A stretch of 64,000 bases of DNA from Paraphysomonas bandaiensis (lineage: Eukaryota > Protista > Chrysophyceae). The notes beneath the pieces were generated by a model that did no database searches, was not told where the DNA came from, and saw only the letters and a program-made list of their open reading frames with translations. Positions 52,289 to 64,000 of this stretch are shown piece by piece. The position numbers and the translations under genes were made by a program. Where the stretch lies: the NCBI GenBank assembly GCA_965644295.1, contig CBFFRP010000090.1, positions 1-64,000 of the forward strand, written 5' to 3'. The stretch's first letter is position 1. Each line of letters opens with the position of its first letter.

Positions 52289-55200
52289 CTACTTCTTCCT
52301 CCCTTTCTTAGCTCTTTTTTCTTTCGCCTTCAATCCTCGAGTATCACTTTTCATTCTCTTGTCCACAAACTTATATTTTCCCTGATAAATGTCATGTGTT
52401 ATTCGCTATGACAGAAATACCACAAATAAATAGATACCTTTCCACCCGAACTAGTTCCCATTGAGCCTGCCTTCTGCTTACGCGTAACAACGTATACTTT
52501 ACTTGGTTTGGCAGATTTCGTTCCTTTCATAGCTTTACTGATGGCCTACAAGTAATCATATGAATGAAGTTCATATATGCACTGAGAATACTAATATATA
52601 CCTTTATCTTCTGCTTATCTGTCATATCTGAGTTTTCTGCGAAAGTTTTCGCCTGAGCCTTAGCTGACTTCAGCTTTGCTGCGGCACGCTTTCGCTTTCT
52701 CATTCGCGCTTCGGCAACCTTTTTAATTTCCTTTGTGCCCGCCTTTTGAAATTTGCCCTTAACCTATGTGAAAAGTGAGCAGCTGTAGGCAATTTAGACA
52801 ATTCGAACAAACCTGTTCCAGCAGAGCATTAGGAACTGGAAGCTGGGGACGGTTATGTCGCATCTCATCGTCGACAAACCAACTAGGCAATTCAGTGGGA
52901 TCGTTCCACGCGTATCTATTATACGAGGCATCAACGAGAGCCTTCTTTCTCGACTTTCTCAACATCAGAGTTCCTAGGGCTAGTGTCATCGCACGGTCTT
53001 TGTTGTCGTACACTTCTTCATCGCTATCATAGGTTCTGGGATCCATTCGAGCTCCAGTCATTTCAACAGTATTCGGGTCAATCTCGTAGTCATCATCTAT
53101 ATCACTGTCAGCTTCAGCGTCCACTGGTTCCGCAGGAGCGATTTCGTACTGGAGATTAGACGTGTCATTCGCTCCTTTAGCAGCTTTGCCCATTCCTTGG
53201 CGAATCATCTCACGCATATTAGCTGTCTCGTCATCCAGCTCTTCATCCACCAAAGCTGTTTCTTGAGGAGCAATCTCAATACCAGCCGAAAACATACCCT
53301 CTGCATCGTCACCAAAGGCCTTTCGCTTACGCTTCTCTTCACGACGCAAACGACGCTCTGTGTCCTTCTTACGCTGCTCCTTGCGCTTCTGTTTATCCGT
53401 CAAAGGCATCGACAATTCCTTTAGATCGCGCAAGGCGGCAGCCTCGTCATCCTCGTTGCTGACTTCACTAGCACTTCGCTTACGGTTGTTTGTTTTCTTA
53501 GTAGCGACAGGCTCAGTCCCAGAGGAAGTCACAACACTCTCTTGAAATATAGGGTTGCTGAACCATTTGTTTGCCTTGGATTTCAAGGACAACTCATCAC
53601 GAGTGTTCACTAGTGAATCACTACCTTTGTTCTGCTTCTTACTAGGTGGGGCATCTTCGTCATCTTCTTCATCTTCTACATCCTCCTCATCTTCGCTGCT
53701 ATCTTCCTCCCCAGATTCTTCGCTATTACTATCACTGCTGCTATCATCATCCGATTCCTTTGCACTTCCCGTGAGCATCTTCACATATCCGTCAATCTCA
53801 CCGTTAATATCAGGGACGTCTACATCCTCCTCATCCTCTTGCCCACGCTTTGCTATAAGCGCCTCCGAAGTACGCGCTGCCTTTGCCTTCTTCGTGGTAA
53901 GGGCAGCGTCATACACACCTTCTCTAATATCGTCCTCAAGGTGTTCTTTCGAATTTAGTTCTCTGTCCTTTCGTGCACGACTACGACTAGCAAATCTACA
54001 CCAATGACCAGTCATATGCTGCAATACACAACTGTATATCAGTACTCACCGCAAATACTCTGCTTCAAGCTCCTGCTCGAGTTCATCGTCATCCAGCTCT
54101 ATCAATCCAAAATTGTCTTCGCCTTCATCGTCGCTGTCCTTAACATCATCAAAGCCATCTTCCAAGTCACTCAAATCCACTTCATCGATACCAGACAACT
54201 CAGACCGTTTAGCTGTGTCAGCGAGAGAAAACAGCTCAACATCCTCTTCAACACCGAAAGAGGAACTATTAATACCCAAGGCTTGCCTTTGCCTTTCTTT
54301 GGCAGCTAACTCTCGGGTGCGTTTCTTCTGTTTCCGTTTAAGTTTTTCCATGTTCTCTCTTTTCTTGGCAATTTCCTCTTGAATCTCCTCCTCAGTCAGT
54401 GGCTCATCCCCCCTTCTGCGAGAGGGTTTACTATCCTCCACATCTTCCTCCATCACAGCCTCTTCAACTACAGGCTTATTTGCCTTAATCATCAGTAGCC
54501 GCCACTTGAGTAGCTTTTTAAAGTCGATTCGTCCGAGCACCTTGAGATCTTGAAAGCTAATCATAATATCCTGAGACGTGGCCGGGTGGCTTTCGTACCG
54601 CTCCCGACATTCGGGAGTAAACAGAAGTTCTGTCATATCCGTCAATAGGCGCACAGGATCCTTTGAATTAACAAAATCTGTAACCGTGCATTTTTTTGAC
54701 AGCAATGGACCGGCATCGTCGTCGTACCCAGATCTGTGTCTCTTATTGTGGAGGTCATACTTCTTGTGAAGTACATCCACCGTACGATTCTGACTTGGGT
54801 CCGCCACCTCTTTGAATACATGGTTGGGATCCAACAGCTTCGGGTCGATGCTATTGGGAGCAAGGTACTTCATACACACCAAGAATATCTCTGCAGACTG
54901 AGAACGAGAAGAGTTGGGCTTCATCGCTTGCACGTCCACGAATAACTGCTGCAGAACCCATACCAAGGCATTATAGTCCTTTGAGCGATATACTTTTGTC
55001 ACAAATGTTCCGCCCTCAATCAAATGGTCCGTAGCAGTTTTAAGAGCCGCAAGTACTAGCTCATTCTGTACATATGCGTCCTTTTGGTAAGCGGAACCAA
55101 CATTGGGAGCACCATCACAAAGCACCACATCAGCCTGCCACCCGTGTAGCTCCGCTGTGACCTGCTTTCTGCATTCTGCAGTAGTAATATCTTGAACAAG

Positions 55201-55505
55201 AGTTTTAACATTACGGATAGGTCTAATAGGAAGCAAATCGATTCCCAATACAATGGAACCAGTGGGCATTAGCTTAGCAGCAACCTGACACCATCCTCCC
55301 GGCGCAGCACATAAATCAATACACACACGCGCTTTAGCTAAAAAATCATATCGCTTGTTTATCTAAAAACAATATGTGATGAATATACAGCTGAACAATA
55401 AGAGTAGACCTGTAGAAGCTTGTATGCGGCACGAGAACGATAGCCCTGATCCTTCGCTAAATGATAGTACTTATCCTTATCGTGTCCTTTCTTATGAGTA
55501 GGCAT
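52289..55505 (-). CDS. FTSJ3: Pre-rRNA 2'-O-ribose methyltransferase Spb1/FTSJ3 (multi-exon)
   Basis: DKYYHLAKDQGYRSRAAYKL, IDLCAAPGGW, DVVLCDGAPNVG, FVTKVYRS, SAEIFLVC, YNRYAWND..LPSWFVDDE and IKKVAEARMRKRKRA motifs. Confidence 0.96.
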
Positions 55506-57778
55506 CTTATAAGGGACTTATAGAGGAAGGAAATATTCTAGTCCTAATAATGAATGCGAGTCTGTTCAATGATATGAAGGCAGTCGCAATTCTCAGGAGT
55601 GTCTTCTATAGAGGAGGTCGTGATTAACTGGACAGCTGGGTCTCTTCTGACTTCACGCCACTGAAATCACTCCACACAAAAAAAGTTGATGGTAGAGAAA
55701 GTACCTCTATGAAAGCGAATGAAAGAGAAATGCAGTAATATGATTGGATATATTGTATCTGCTGCTCTTGTGGATGAAAGGTGCACTACAATACAGCAGT
55801 ATTCTAGCAGTATTATTCGCGGTTACCTTGAGTAGTTCCAGTATACCGGTATACCATATATATACTGTATGTGGTACTGCACGGCTCAGTCCAAGCAACG
55901 CTGCTTCGGGGAATCAATAGTAAGAATGAACTGAATTGGCTTGGTTTCTACTCTCAAACAGCAAGCAAACTGGAGTAACTAATCACTCCCTCATTCCTTT
56001 CTTCTTGTTTAAAACTCTTATTTGAAATTCCTTCAAACAGATTGACCAGTTGTCTACATAGAACTCATATATGTCTGATTATTAGCAGTGAAAATGAGCA
56101 TGGAGATACTAAAGTTATAAATCTATTACGTACATTTGATATACTTCTACTGTAAAAAAGCTATGTGTGTATCGATTCAGGAACCAACCTTTCACTTTTC
56201 TATTAGATGTGTTTAATCTGGAAGATGGGATAATAGTCTGAATAGACCTTTCCAGGTGTCGAACTCTCATCTAATATAAAGTAAGTTTCCGCAATCACCG
56301 TAAGCTTGATTAATTTCATGATTAAGATACCACTATCCTCTTGTATGCTTACGCTGCAACATTACTGAACACAAACGTGTCAATACGCTACAAACGTGTG
56401 AATGTTTTACAAGCTTCGTCGTAAATACCATCAAATTTTAGAAAAGTTACAATGATGTGACAACATGAAATATTAGAGCAGCAAACACACCAAGTTATAG
56501 TTCATCCTTAGTGTGATGTAGAAGGTTAGAATGATGTCTTTAACTTGAAACAATACTTGTTCTCATTTCAGTAACTCATTGTTCATTGTTCCATGCAAGC
56601 ACGTACCGGATCCGATACACACTACTGCTAAACTATACGAGTAATTGTTTGCTTGAGGTCGCCAATATTCTGCTTGCAGTCTTTAGGATCGAATGTGGTT
56701 ACATCTAGGTGCGTGCAGTGATGCACAAACAGCGTTCAATTGTAGAAAAATGGCTACAGCATTAGATTTAGTAACTCTATCTCTAATCAAATATTATTTA
56801 GATGATTACAGTACTCATATAAATTTCATTTAATCGATATGTAAAGTACATATTTTGACAATTTGACCATAGTGTAGTAGGCCCACTATACAGAAAACAC
56901 TGAGATTCTGTCCCCTTCTCCATCTCGGGCTACAAATATGGAACGCGTGCGGATTCTGCCAGAGGCATCCTACGTAGCCTTAATAAACATTACCCTGAAC
57001 TTTCGTGACCGGTTGATCCATGACTGTAATTCGAGTAGATTATAGCAAGGGTTATGTTAGCCCCCTGTACCTTAATGAAGAATACATATGGCTCAGTGTA
57101 GACCTATAGCATGAACTTGACATAGCCCCATCCCATAATAGTTCTGGATTTCATATATATGGGCTACTCTAGTAACATATTAGTAAGTGTTCTGTGTCCA
57201 CATATCAACCAGAGAAGAAGAGATGTGTAAGTTTCCTTCTATCATCTTGCCCGTCCAGTCCTCCAGTGCGTTCAGAGCGACGTACAATATCGCTATCGGA
57301 TATCAGGAGTGTTGCCTCGAGAACTCAGCATCATGTTTCTAACGAATCGAGGATATCGCTTATATTTTACTAACTATAGTGTGTAAACTCGTACATAAAT
57401 GGGTATGGATATTCAGTATAGGATTTCTCTCGTACCGCTATATGATTCATACGGGCCGGCATCAGGTATACATATATGTACCATGTACTCCCGTACTGCT
57501 CTACCATGCATGGTGTACTGCTGTACTGTATATGAAGGAAGGTACTTTTGAATCTTTAAATTTAAAATACGGCTGTACATCTAGCAGAGTACAGAGTGTA
57601 GTTCACACTAAAGTATGGGGACCACTGTAGGTAATACACGCAGAGTACGTTCTGTATGTAATAATACCGTATGACAAGATCAATCATCGACTCCATACAG
57701 GCAATAGAAAGCATACACATACACATATCAGATCTACTTGCATTGACCTCGTCACTGTACATGATTGATACCTAGGTG

Positions 57779-59319
57779 ATGATGGTGTTGGAGAAGTATT
57801 TTAGTGAAGTGGAGAAGAGTCTCGATGAGAGTGGGACTGTAACGTACAGGTGGCTGGCTAATAAACTACACATCAAAGCCGCGACATCCAAACGGTTCAT
57901 TGACAGGATTACATACACTATGTCTAACGACGTGATGTCTGTAGGGTTTTATCTGAATATCTAGATCAGCACCCGGAGCTTCACTCCTCTCATGTCATTA
58001 TTGGAGAGAGGAACGGTGCCCATTATTCGTTTAGTATAGCTCCTGTAGATAAACTGGAAGGTGATCAAATGTATTTGTATGATATTTGTGAGTGATATGT
58101 GTATCAGAGGAGAAGAAGCTATTTGATAAAATTAGTAACTCACATTTGTATGCTCTACACTCGGCACCGACTTCCAACGACCAATTGCAGGCATGCTCTA
58201 TGGATAAGGAGCAAGCCAGTGCTATGCTTCTATCAAACAATAAAGTGGAAAGTCTAGTAAACGACTCAGGAGCTGTGAAATACAAAGATCTTAATGTATT
58301 GCCAGCTGGAGAAAAGTTATCATCATCAGCTCCTGAGATTGTCAAGCCCACTCCTTCATCCACTGGTTCTAAGAACAAGGTTACAGCAAACCGTCCTGTC
58401 TCTAAACCTACTGCCACTCCTGCCGCGAAAAAGATTGCGGAACAAAAGGAAAAAGTTGCTAGTAAGGCGAGATCATTTTTCGAGTCTGGTAAAAGTACTT
58501 CTGCTCAATCTAAATTAACCACCCCGTCTGCTCCTAGCTCTAATGAATCCTCCACTCAACAGAATCTTGGAGAAGGTATTCGTAGAAACGAGAGTGGTGT
58601 AAAGGAGGATCGTAAAATGGAGGTAGTTAAAAAAGTGGAGGACGACGAAGAGGCTGAATGGGACGATGGGTCTGGCACTACGTATGTCCCAAACAAGGAG
58701 AACATCAAAAAACGCAAAGTTGCCCCAGGTGCTCCGGAGGGCTCAGGCGGCATGCATCAATCGGATGCTATCGTAGCGGGGGCAGAGGACAGTAATAGTG
58801 GTTACGATTCGTCTGGAGCAAGTAGTGATGATTCTGACGCAGAGGGAGCGAAAAAGGCCAAGTCCAAGTCTAAGGCAAAGAAGTCAAGCGATGAGGGGGT
58901 CGAATCAGGTACTCCTGGAAAGAAAGGGCGAAAGAGAGCAGCGGCATCGTGCATTCCCGTTCACGGGGCGATGGATGACATTCTTGAGGATTTAAATCAT
59001 AAAGGGAATGAAGATGGTACTCCGGCGAAGAAACCTAAGCGGAAGAAGCTTGTCGAGAAGGTGAAACTTTCTAATTTTTTTGCCTTACTAACTCAATCTA
59101 TACGCACAGATGTTTGCAGATGCTAAGGGATATTTGGTTACGGAGATGGTACTTGAAGAGGTATCGGATGATGAGGATACGTCCTCTGCCCCTCCATCGA
59201 AGCCTGCCCCGAAGCCAAAAAAGCAAGAGAAGGCACCTCCCAAGAAAGCGCCAGCAAGCAAAAGTACACAAGGTAAACAGCAACGTAGCATGACGTCTTT
59301 TTTTTCCAAAAAGTCATAA
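57779..59319 (+). CDS. POLD3: DNA polymerase delta subunit 3 (Cdc27/p66)
   Basis: N-terminal VTYRWLANKLHIKAATSKR, low-complexity middle, KRKKLVEK|MFADAKGYLVTE and a C-terminal PIP box QRSMTSFF. Start codon uncertain. Confidence 0.88.
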
Positions 59320-60184
59320 ATTCATTGATATTGTGAATTGTCGTTGCTGTGAAAAGAAATAATAAATAATATGTTGCTGTCGTAGTAGTATTTTGCTTTG
59401 CTTGAGGTATGATAGCAGAACAAACAAATTTTGCTGCCTCTATCGAGTTTTCACCAAATTTGTGGACAGCACTTTCATCAGTAGCTTTCTGTGTATTGTT
59501 TTGGAATAAATAGGGTAGTGTACTCTCTGCAGATGTCATATAGCAGGTCTAGGGAACAATAGATTGTGTAAAAAGTCAAGCACGGAAGTGTGAATAGTTT
59601 CATTGACATACGCTGATATGTGAAAGTGGTGTTTCTATTATTGGACATAGTCAAATTGGTATTGTTTAGTGTAATTTTCTAGAAACACCATAAACAGTAT
59701 GAAAGATGAAAGCCTAGCCATTCAGTTTAAAATGACTAGGTTGACTAGGTGTTTATGGTGTTCACCTAGCCAACAATTAATGAATGCAGATATTATTATA
59801 TATTACTTTGACTTGTACCTAGTACGTACTCCTAGTTAGGAGAACTAGGTTTTTACACCTATTGATACGCATCCCTGATGTATAACAAGGAGCAAGGAGG
59901 CATACCGTGGTACTGTACCGTAATTATGTATCATAGCTATAGTCTAGCCCTTCAATATTTTCTTTTCTGTCACGTCACTGCTGGACCTTATTATATTCAA
60001 CGCTGTGAAATAGTTAACTATATCGGCTTCGGATTATGTAATTTAACGAATCAATCAGCAAAGTTCCAATGTATCGAAATAATGTTTTAGAAATTAGAGA
60101 AGAATGATTAAATACATACACTGGTACGTTTCAAATGCAACACAATTAGATAATCCTCGCATGTCAATAATTGATAGATTGAAA

Positions 60185-61114
60185 TCATTTCCTGAGTGCC
60201 GCCAGTCTCGATTCTAAATCGTTCTTCTGGGATGCTACAGAAACTATATTAGCGCCACATATCAATCAAACAAGTACACAGAGAAGCATACCCGGTTCTT
60301 CTGTTTTAACTCCATGGGTCCCCACGGGGCCAGCACTGTCCAACATTCCTTCCAGCTTCAAGCCGGCATGATCAGCTACTTCCTAAGAATTCACAATTCC
60401 GATTATCATAAAACTTGTCGGATTGACACAAGCACCTGTATGAGGCTGTCGACTTGCTCTGGTGGTGTGGACATCGCAGTAGTAGCATCCATAGTTTCCT
60501 CCATGTAGCCAGACCTGACGTCCATGTCTTCAAATTGTTTCTCAAACTGCTCCATCGTCTTGGCAATCTTGTCGGGGTCCATGCTTTTCATAGCACTCGC
60601 CATGCCCTTCACGGTCAGCCCCATCGCTTTATTTACCTAAGACAACGTCAATAATATCACAAAAAAATATATTTATTTACATCTTGCATCCTAATAGCAG
60701 TTTCAAGTCGAGCAGCGACAGCATCGATACGTGAGCTCAGTCGCAAAAAAGTCAACGCTTGATTATTCTCTCGTATAACATTCTATAATCAGTCGACATT
60801 ATGAAATTGACAACCATGAAAACAAACACTAGTTATATACCTGGCCATATATACGAGCACCTTCCATATTGCTCTGAGCAATCGCCTTCATGATAGTTAA
60901 TCAGCTAATGCAGCATTACATAAGAGTCACTCTCACCTTTCGCAGTTTTTCTTTTTGGAGATTGGCATTTTTCTCGCATTTCTTTGCACTTCGAGTCATC
61001 TGTCTAGAGGTTAACTTGAACGTAATCAAATCATCTATTCAACATATACTTTAACACAATAATATAATGACAGTTGCTCTATTACTGACCTTGAAGACTG
61101 TGGCTGGATCCCAT
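60185..61114 (-). CDS. CHMP1: ESCRT-III subunit CHMP1/Did2 (7 exons)
   Basis: LITFKLTSRQMTRSAKKCEK, NMEGARIYGQNVIR, LRLSSRIDAVAARL, MEQFEKQFEDMDV, TPPEQVDSLIQ, and a MIM1-like DLESRLAALRK. Confidence 0.93.
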
Positions 61115-61792
61115 ATTCAATCACTCTACTTCACTTTAATATCAGGATAATTAATAGAACTCTTATAGAAATTATTCTTCTATCGCTACAATATCGTTCC
61201 TTAAGTTGTCGTTGTGTCTCTTACTAATACTATTAAACTGGCTTATCTGCTCTGATGTTAGTATCAACACGCACAGCTGCTGTGATAAGATAACACCAAT
61301 ATACATACATACACAGCTGTACACACTACACACACATCTCTATATACAGCAGCCGAGTAGGTATATAAACTACACTGCCTCGTGTGTATCTATACAATAT
61401 ACTCCACTACCTGAAACATTTTCCGTAAAATTCCATAGGTTTTCACACCAGATAGTTCGAAAAATGTTCGCATTTAGGATAAAATACAGTCGATTTTGAT
61501 AAATATGCTGTACAGCGAAAAGGAAAAATACAGGACCGTATTCAACAGTATACAATGATTCGACTACTCTGTATTTCAATAGTTTTGAATAGCGGTATAC
61601 AGCTGTATGATATCGTTACATCTCTACATGTATGTATGTATGTATGTATGTACATGTATCTGTATACACATACATATATATGGGGAGATAATTTAAACAG
61701 AGCCTCACTGCATGCATACCTATTGAGGATATAGATATATTCCCCAGCGCATAACATATCCCTTTGTTTGAGCTGTAATATATTGAACAAAT

Positions 61793-62739
61793 ATGGAAAA
61801 AGGTGAGAAAGGTGAGAAAGGCAGTGATGAAGAGCGAGTGGAGACACGGCCTCGTCGACCCCGTCGACCTCGACAGGGAGGGGCTGATGAAGATGAAGAA
61901 TATAATAAACCTGCTGAGAGTAAGATATCTGAGCCCGCTTACACTGAGCCCCAAGCTAAGCCAAGAAGAAGACGACAAGTGGAGGAATCCAATGATACAG
62001 CTGGAGATGGTGGGTGGATGGGTGGCATGGCTCCCGATAATAAGCAGAAGTTTGAGCCCGAGCAAGAAACTCCCGATGTTATGACAACGTATGTTAATTG
62101 TGTTTCCTTGTCGCTATTATTTACATTTCATTCAGGCAAAATAAAGACAAACATTTCAATGATGACGATGCAGGTATAGACGTCACTATCCCTAACACTA
62201 ATCAAATAGTGTGAGTCATCAAATGTTCTCACAGAAATTGTCATCCCTGATCTTGATGAGGATGGAGGTGGCGATACAGATCAGAGAGGTAAATTAGATT
62301 TTTTTCGTGTATACCATAACGCTCTTCTAGTTGCTCATGCACCACGGAATGTTAGTCGAAAGATTCCACCTCTCTCATCACTGCAGCACGAGGCCAAAAC
62401 GTTTTTACAGACAAACAAGGTATGTGCTTTATTTTTTGATGTATCATATGTCCTATGTTTTTTATATCTAATAAGCTATGCTTTTATGTACAACATGATT
62501 TGAAAGTAATTACATCAGGATGGAATTGATTTGAGTATACTTCTTGGAACCCTCGTTCCATCGAACATGTTGGTGGAGGATGACTCGCTCTGGACTTTTG
62601 ATTCGTTATTGCGGGTAATTTAGCATGAGATATGTATAGTTGTGTAATAGTGCACCTGAATTTCTAGGAAGTAACTGAGGAGCTGCATTCAATGGCGAAA
62701 GAACAGGCGGCCACTACGAAGAGTGCTCCAAAAGCGTAG
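61793..62739 (+). CDS. IFT43: Intraflagellar transport protein 43 (multi-exon)
   Basis: GGW, VIPDLDE, VAHAP...IPPLSSLQ and DGIDLSILLGTLVP..MLVEDDSLWTFDSLL|EVTEEL motifs. Confidence 0.85.
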
Positions 62740-63379
62740 TTGGATATTGTACATATAGTGGAGAGGCACGTCTGTGGTAGACAATATTTCTGTGTCCGTA
62801 CTTACTAATGAGTCTTGTGCACACTGTGCTAGTGCAAATTTACAATGTTTAGTCGAGCTATGCATTGTAGAGTAGTAAAGTTGTCGAAGTTAGTGTATTT
62901 AGTAATGTACACTTGACGTTTGTTCATTTGTAGACGCAGCTGCAAGGATAATTAAGGAGTAGAACATTCGGGTGGCAATTTCTCTTGTATGGTATAAGTT
63001 GTGCTAGGATACTGACATAGAGAGACTATACACACACACCACAGCAAGAGAAATCCTTCGGATTCCGTGTGTATATTTTTTGAAAGAATAGGAAGATATG
63101 CCAGGGTTACTTTTCAGCTCACTTTAGGAAAGTAAATCGACAACCTTTGAAGAAACAGTATTGCATGCAGTTGTGTGATGATATTGAAGGTCTTATTATT
63201 AGCAATAGGCGTTAAGAATCAGCACCCTAGTACAACCTCTATTACCCTACGATTTAATGCTACGGAGGCTGCTTGTGCGTCGCGCAAGCACCAAGGTGCA
63301 ACCACCTCAGCTCTATCGCTCAAAGCAAACGCAGTGAGCAAGCAAAATGTTGATACATAGCTACCTGACATATGCTAAC

Positions 63380-63655
63380 TTTAAGGTGAACATCCCGGAT
63401 GCTTGACTTCAGCAGGCAGCCCAATAACCCAGTCACCCTTCAGGTGGGCCCATTTCCGGAAGCCTGTTTATTTGTCAAGGCCCAAAGGCTTTACACGAGT
63501 GACACTTATTGATGTCCCTTGTACCACACAAGCATTCGGCTATGAGTGGGCAGAACAATATCTACTGTCTATGTTTGCGGCTCACGATAGTTTCCCGGAG
63601 AAATATCTCCCAAGAACACCACGAAATGGTGCGAGTCCGACTTTGTTGAGAGGGT
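63380..63655 (+). repeat. Dispersed repeat family A, copy 3
   Basis: Homologous to 42400-42645 (inverted) and 23680-23825. Confidence 0.85.
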
Positions 63656-64000
63656 GTGATGTGTGTTACAGTGACATCATTATATTACATTTTACACAAG
63701 AGATCTGCAACTAATTTTAAGGTGCTCTTCGGTTTTGTATGTTCGGTGCTAGTGTGTACTCTTTCTGTATAGTATAATAAGTCCGAAAATTAAAATTACC
63801 ATTCACGGATACCAGGCCCTGCTCCATATCACCATCCCCTTTTGTTGTAGCTGCTGAATGAATGACCTGATCTATGCTCCATCAATTTAAATTTAGTTCT
63901 ATGACCTCATTGTTCTGTATGCGTAGTGCGTAGCTATATATGCGAGAAAAATATATTTGTCTCCTAAAATATGACCAAGAATTTACTAATTTATAATGAA

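Noticed and set aside
55880-56010. Possible structured ncRNA upstream of FTSJ3
   Set aside because: No tRNA, snRNA or snoRNA signature was identifiable by eye; an Infernal/Rfam scan would be required.
56880-57340. Coding-like, GC-richer stretch between FTSJ3 and POLD3
   Set aside because: Stops occur in the frames I tried and no motif was recognisable; it may be a decayed pseudogene but I cannot support that.
57671-57775. Upstream POLD3 exon with a GC-AG intron
   Set aside because: The donor (GCAATA) is weak and an in-frame ATG exists at 57779; RNA evidence is needed.

Overview
Gene-dense eukaryotic nuclear DNA with many short (~45-110 bp) GT-AG introns. It comes from a flagellated protist (CFAP20, CEP78-like and IFT43 are present); a stramenopile such as a chrysophyte is a plausible guess but cannot be proven from this window. 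It holds about 16 spliced housekeeping or hypothetical genes, mostly in head-to-head pairs whose shared promoters are rich in, or almost entirely made of, (TATG/CATA)n repeats. There are two decayed pseudogenes (PAK/STE20 kinase and V-ATPase subunit D). The most striking element is a young, intact Ty1/Copia retrotransposon (31378-36556). Its 307-bp LTRs look identical and end in non-canonical TATT...AATA, it has a 5-bp AATAC target-site duplication, the gag ATG overlaps the last LTR base, and there is an extra domain after integrase. A ~98% identical solo LTR (570-876) abuts a very AT-rich, hairpin- and repeat-laden segment at the left edge that may be the terminus of a foreign (e.g. endogenous viral) element. 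Older LTR relics recur just downstream of gene 3' ends. Other oddities: a one-LRR-per-84-bp-exon gene, a tail-anchored galactokinase, a ChaC-RCC1 fusion, a duplicated Cys-rich/PAM2-like CCCH protein, a spliced 64-aa microprotein and a palindromic MITE. Exon boundaries and alignments were read by eye and need confirmation.
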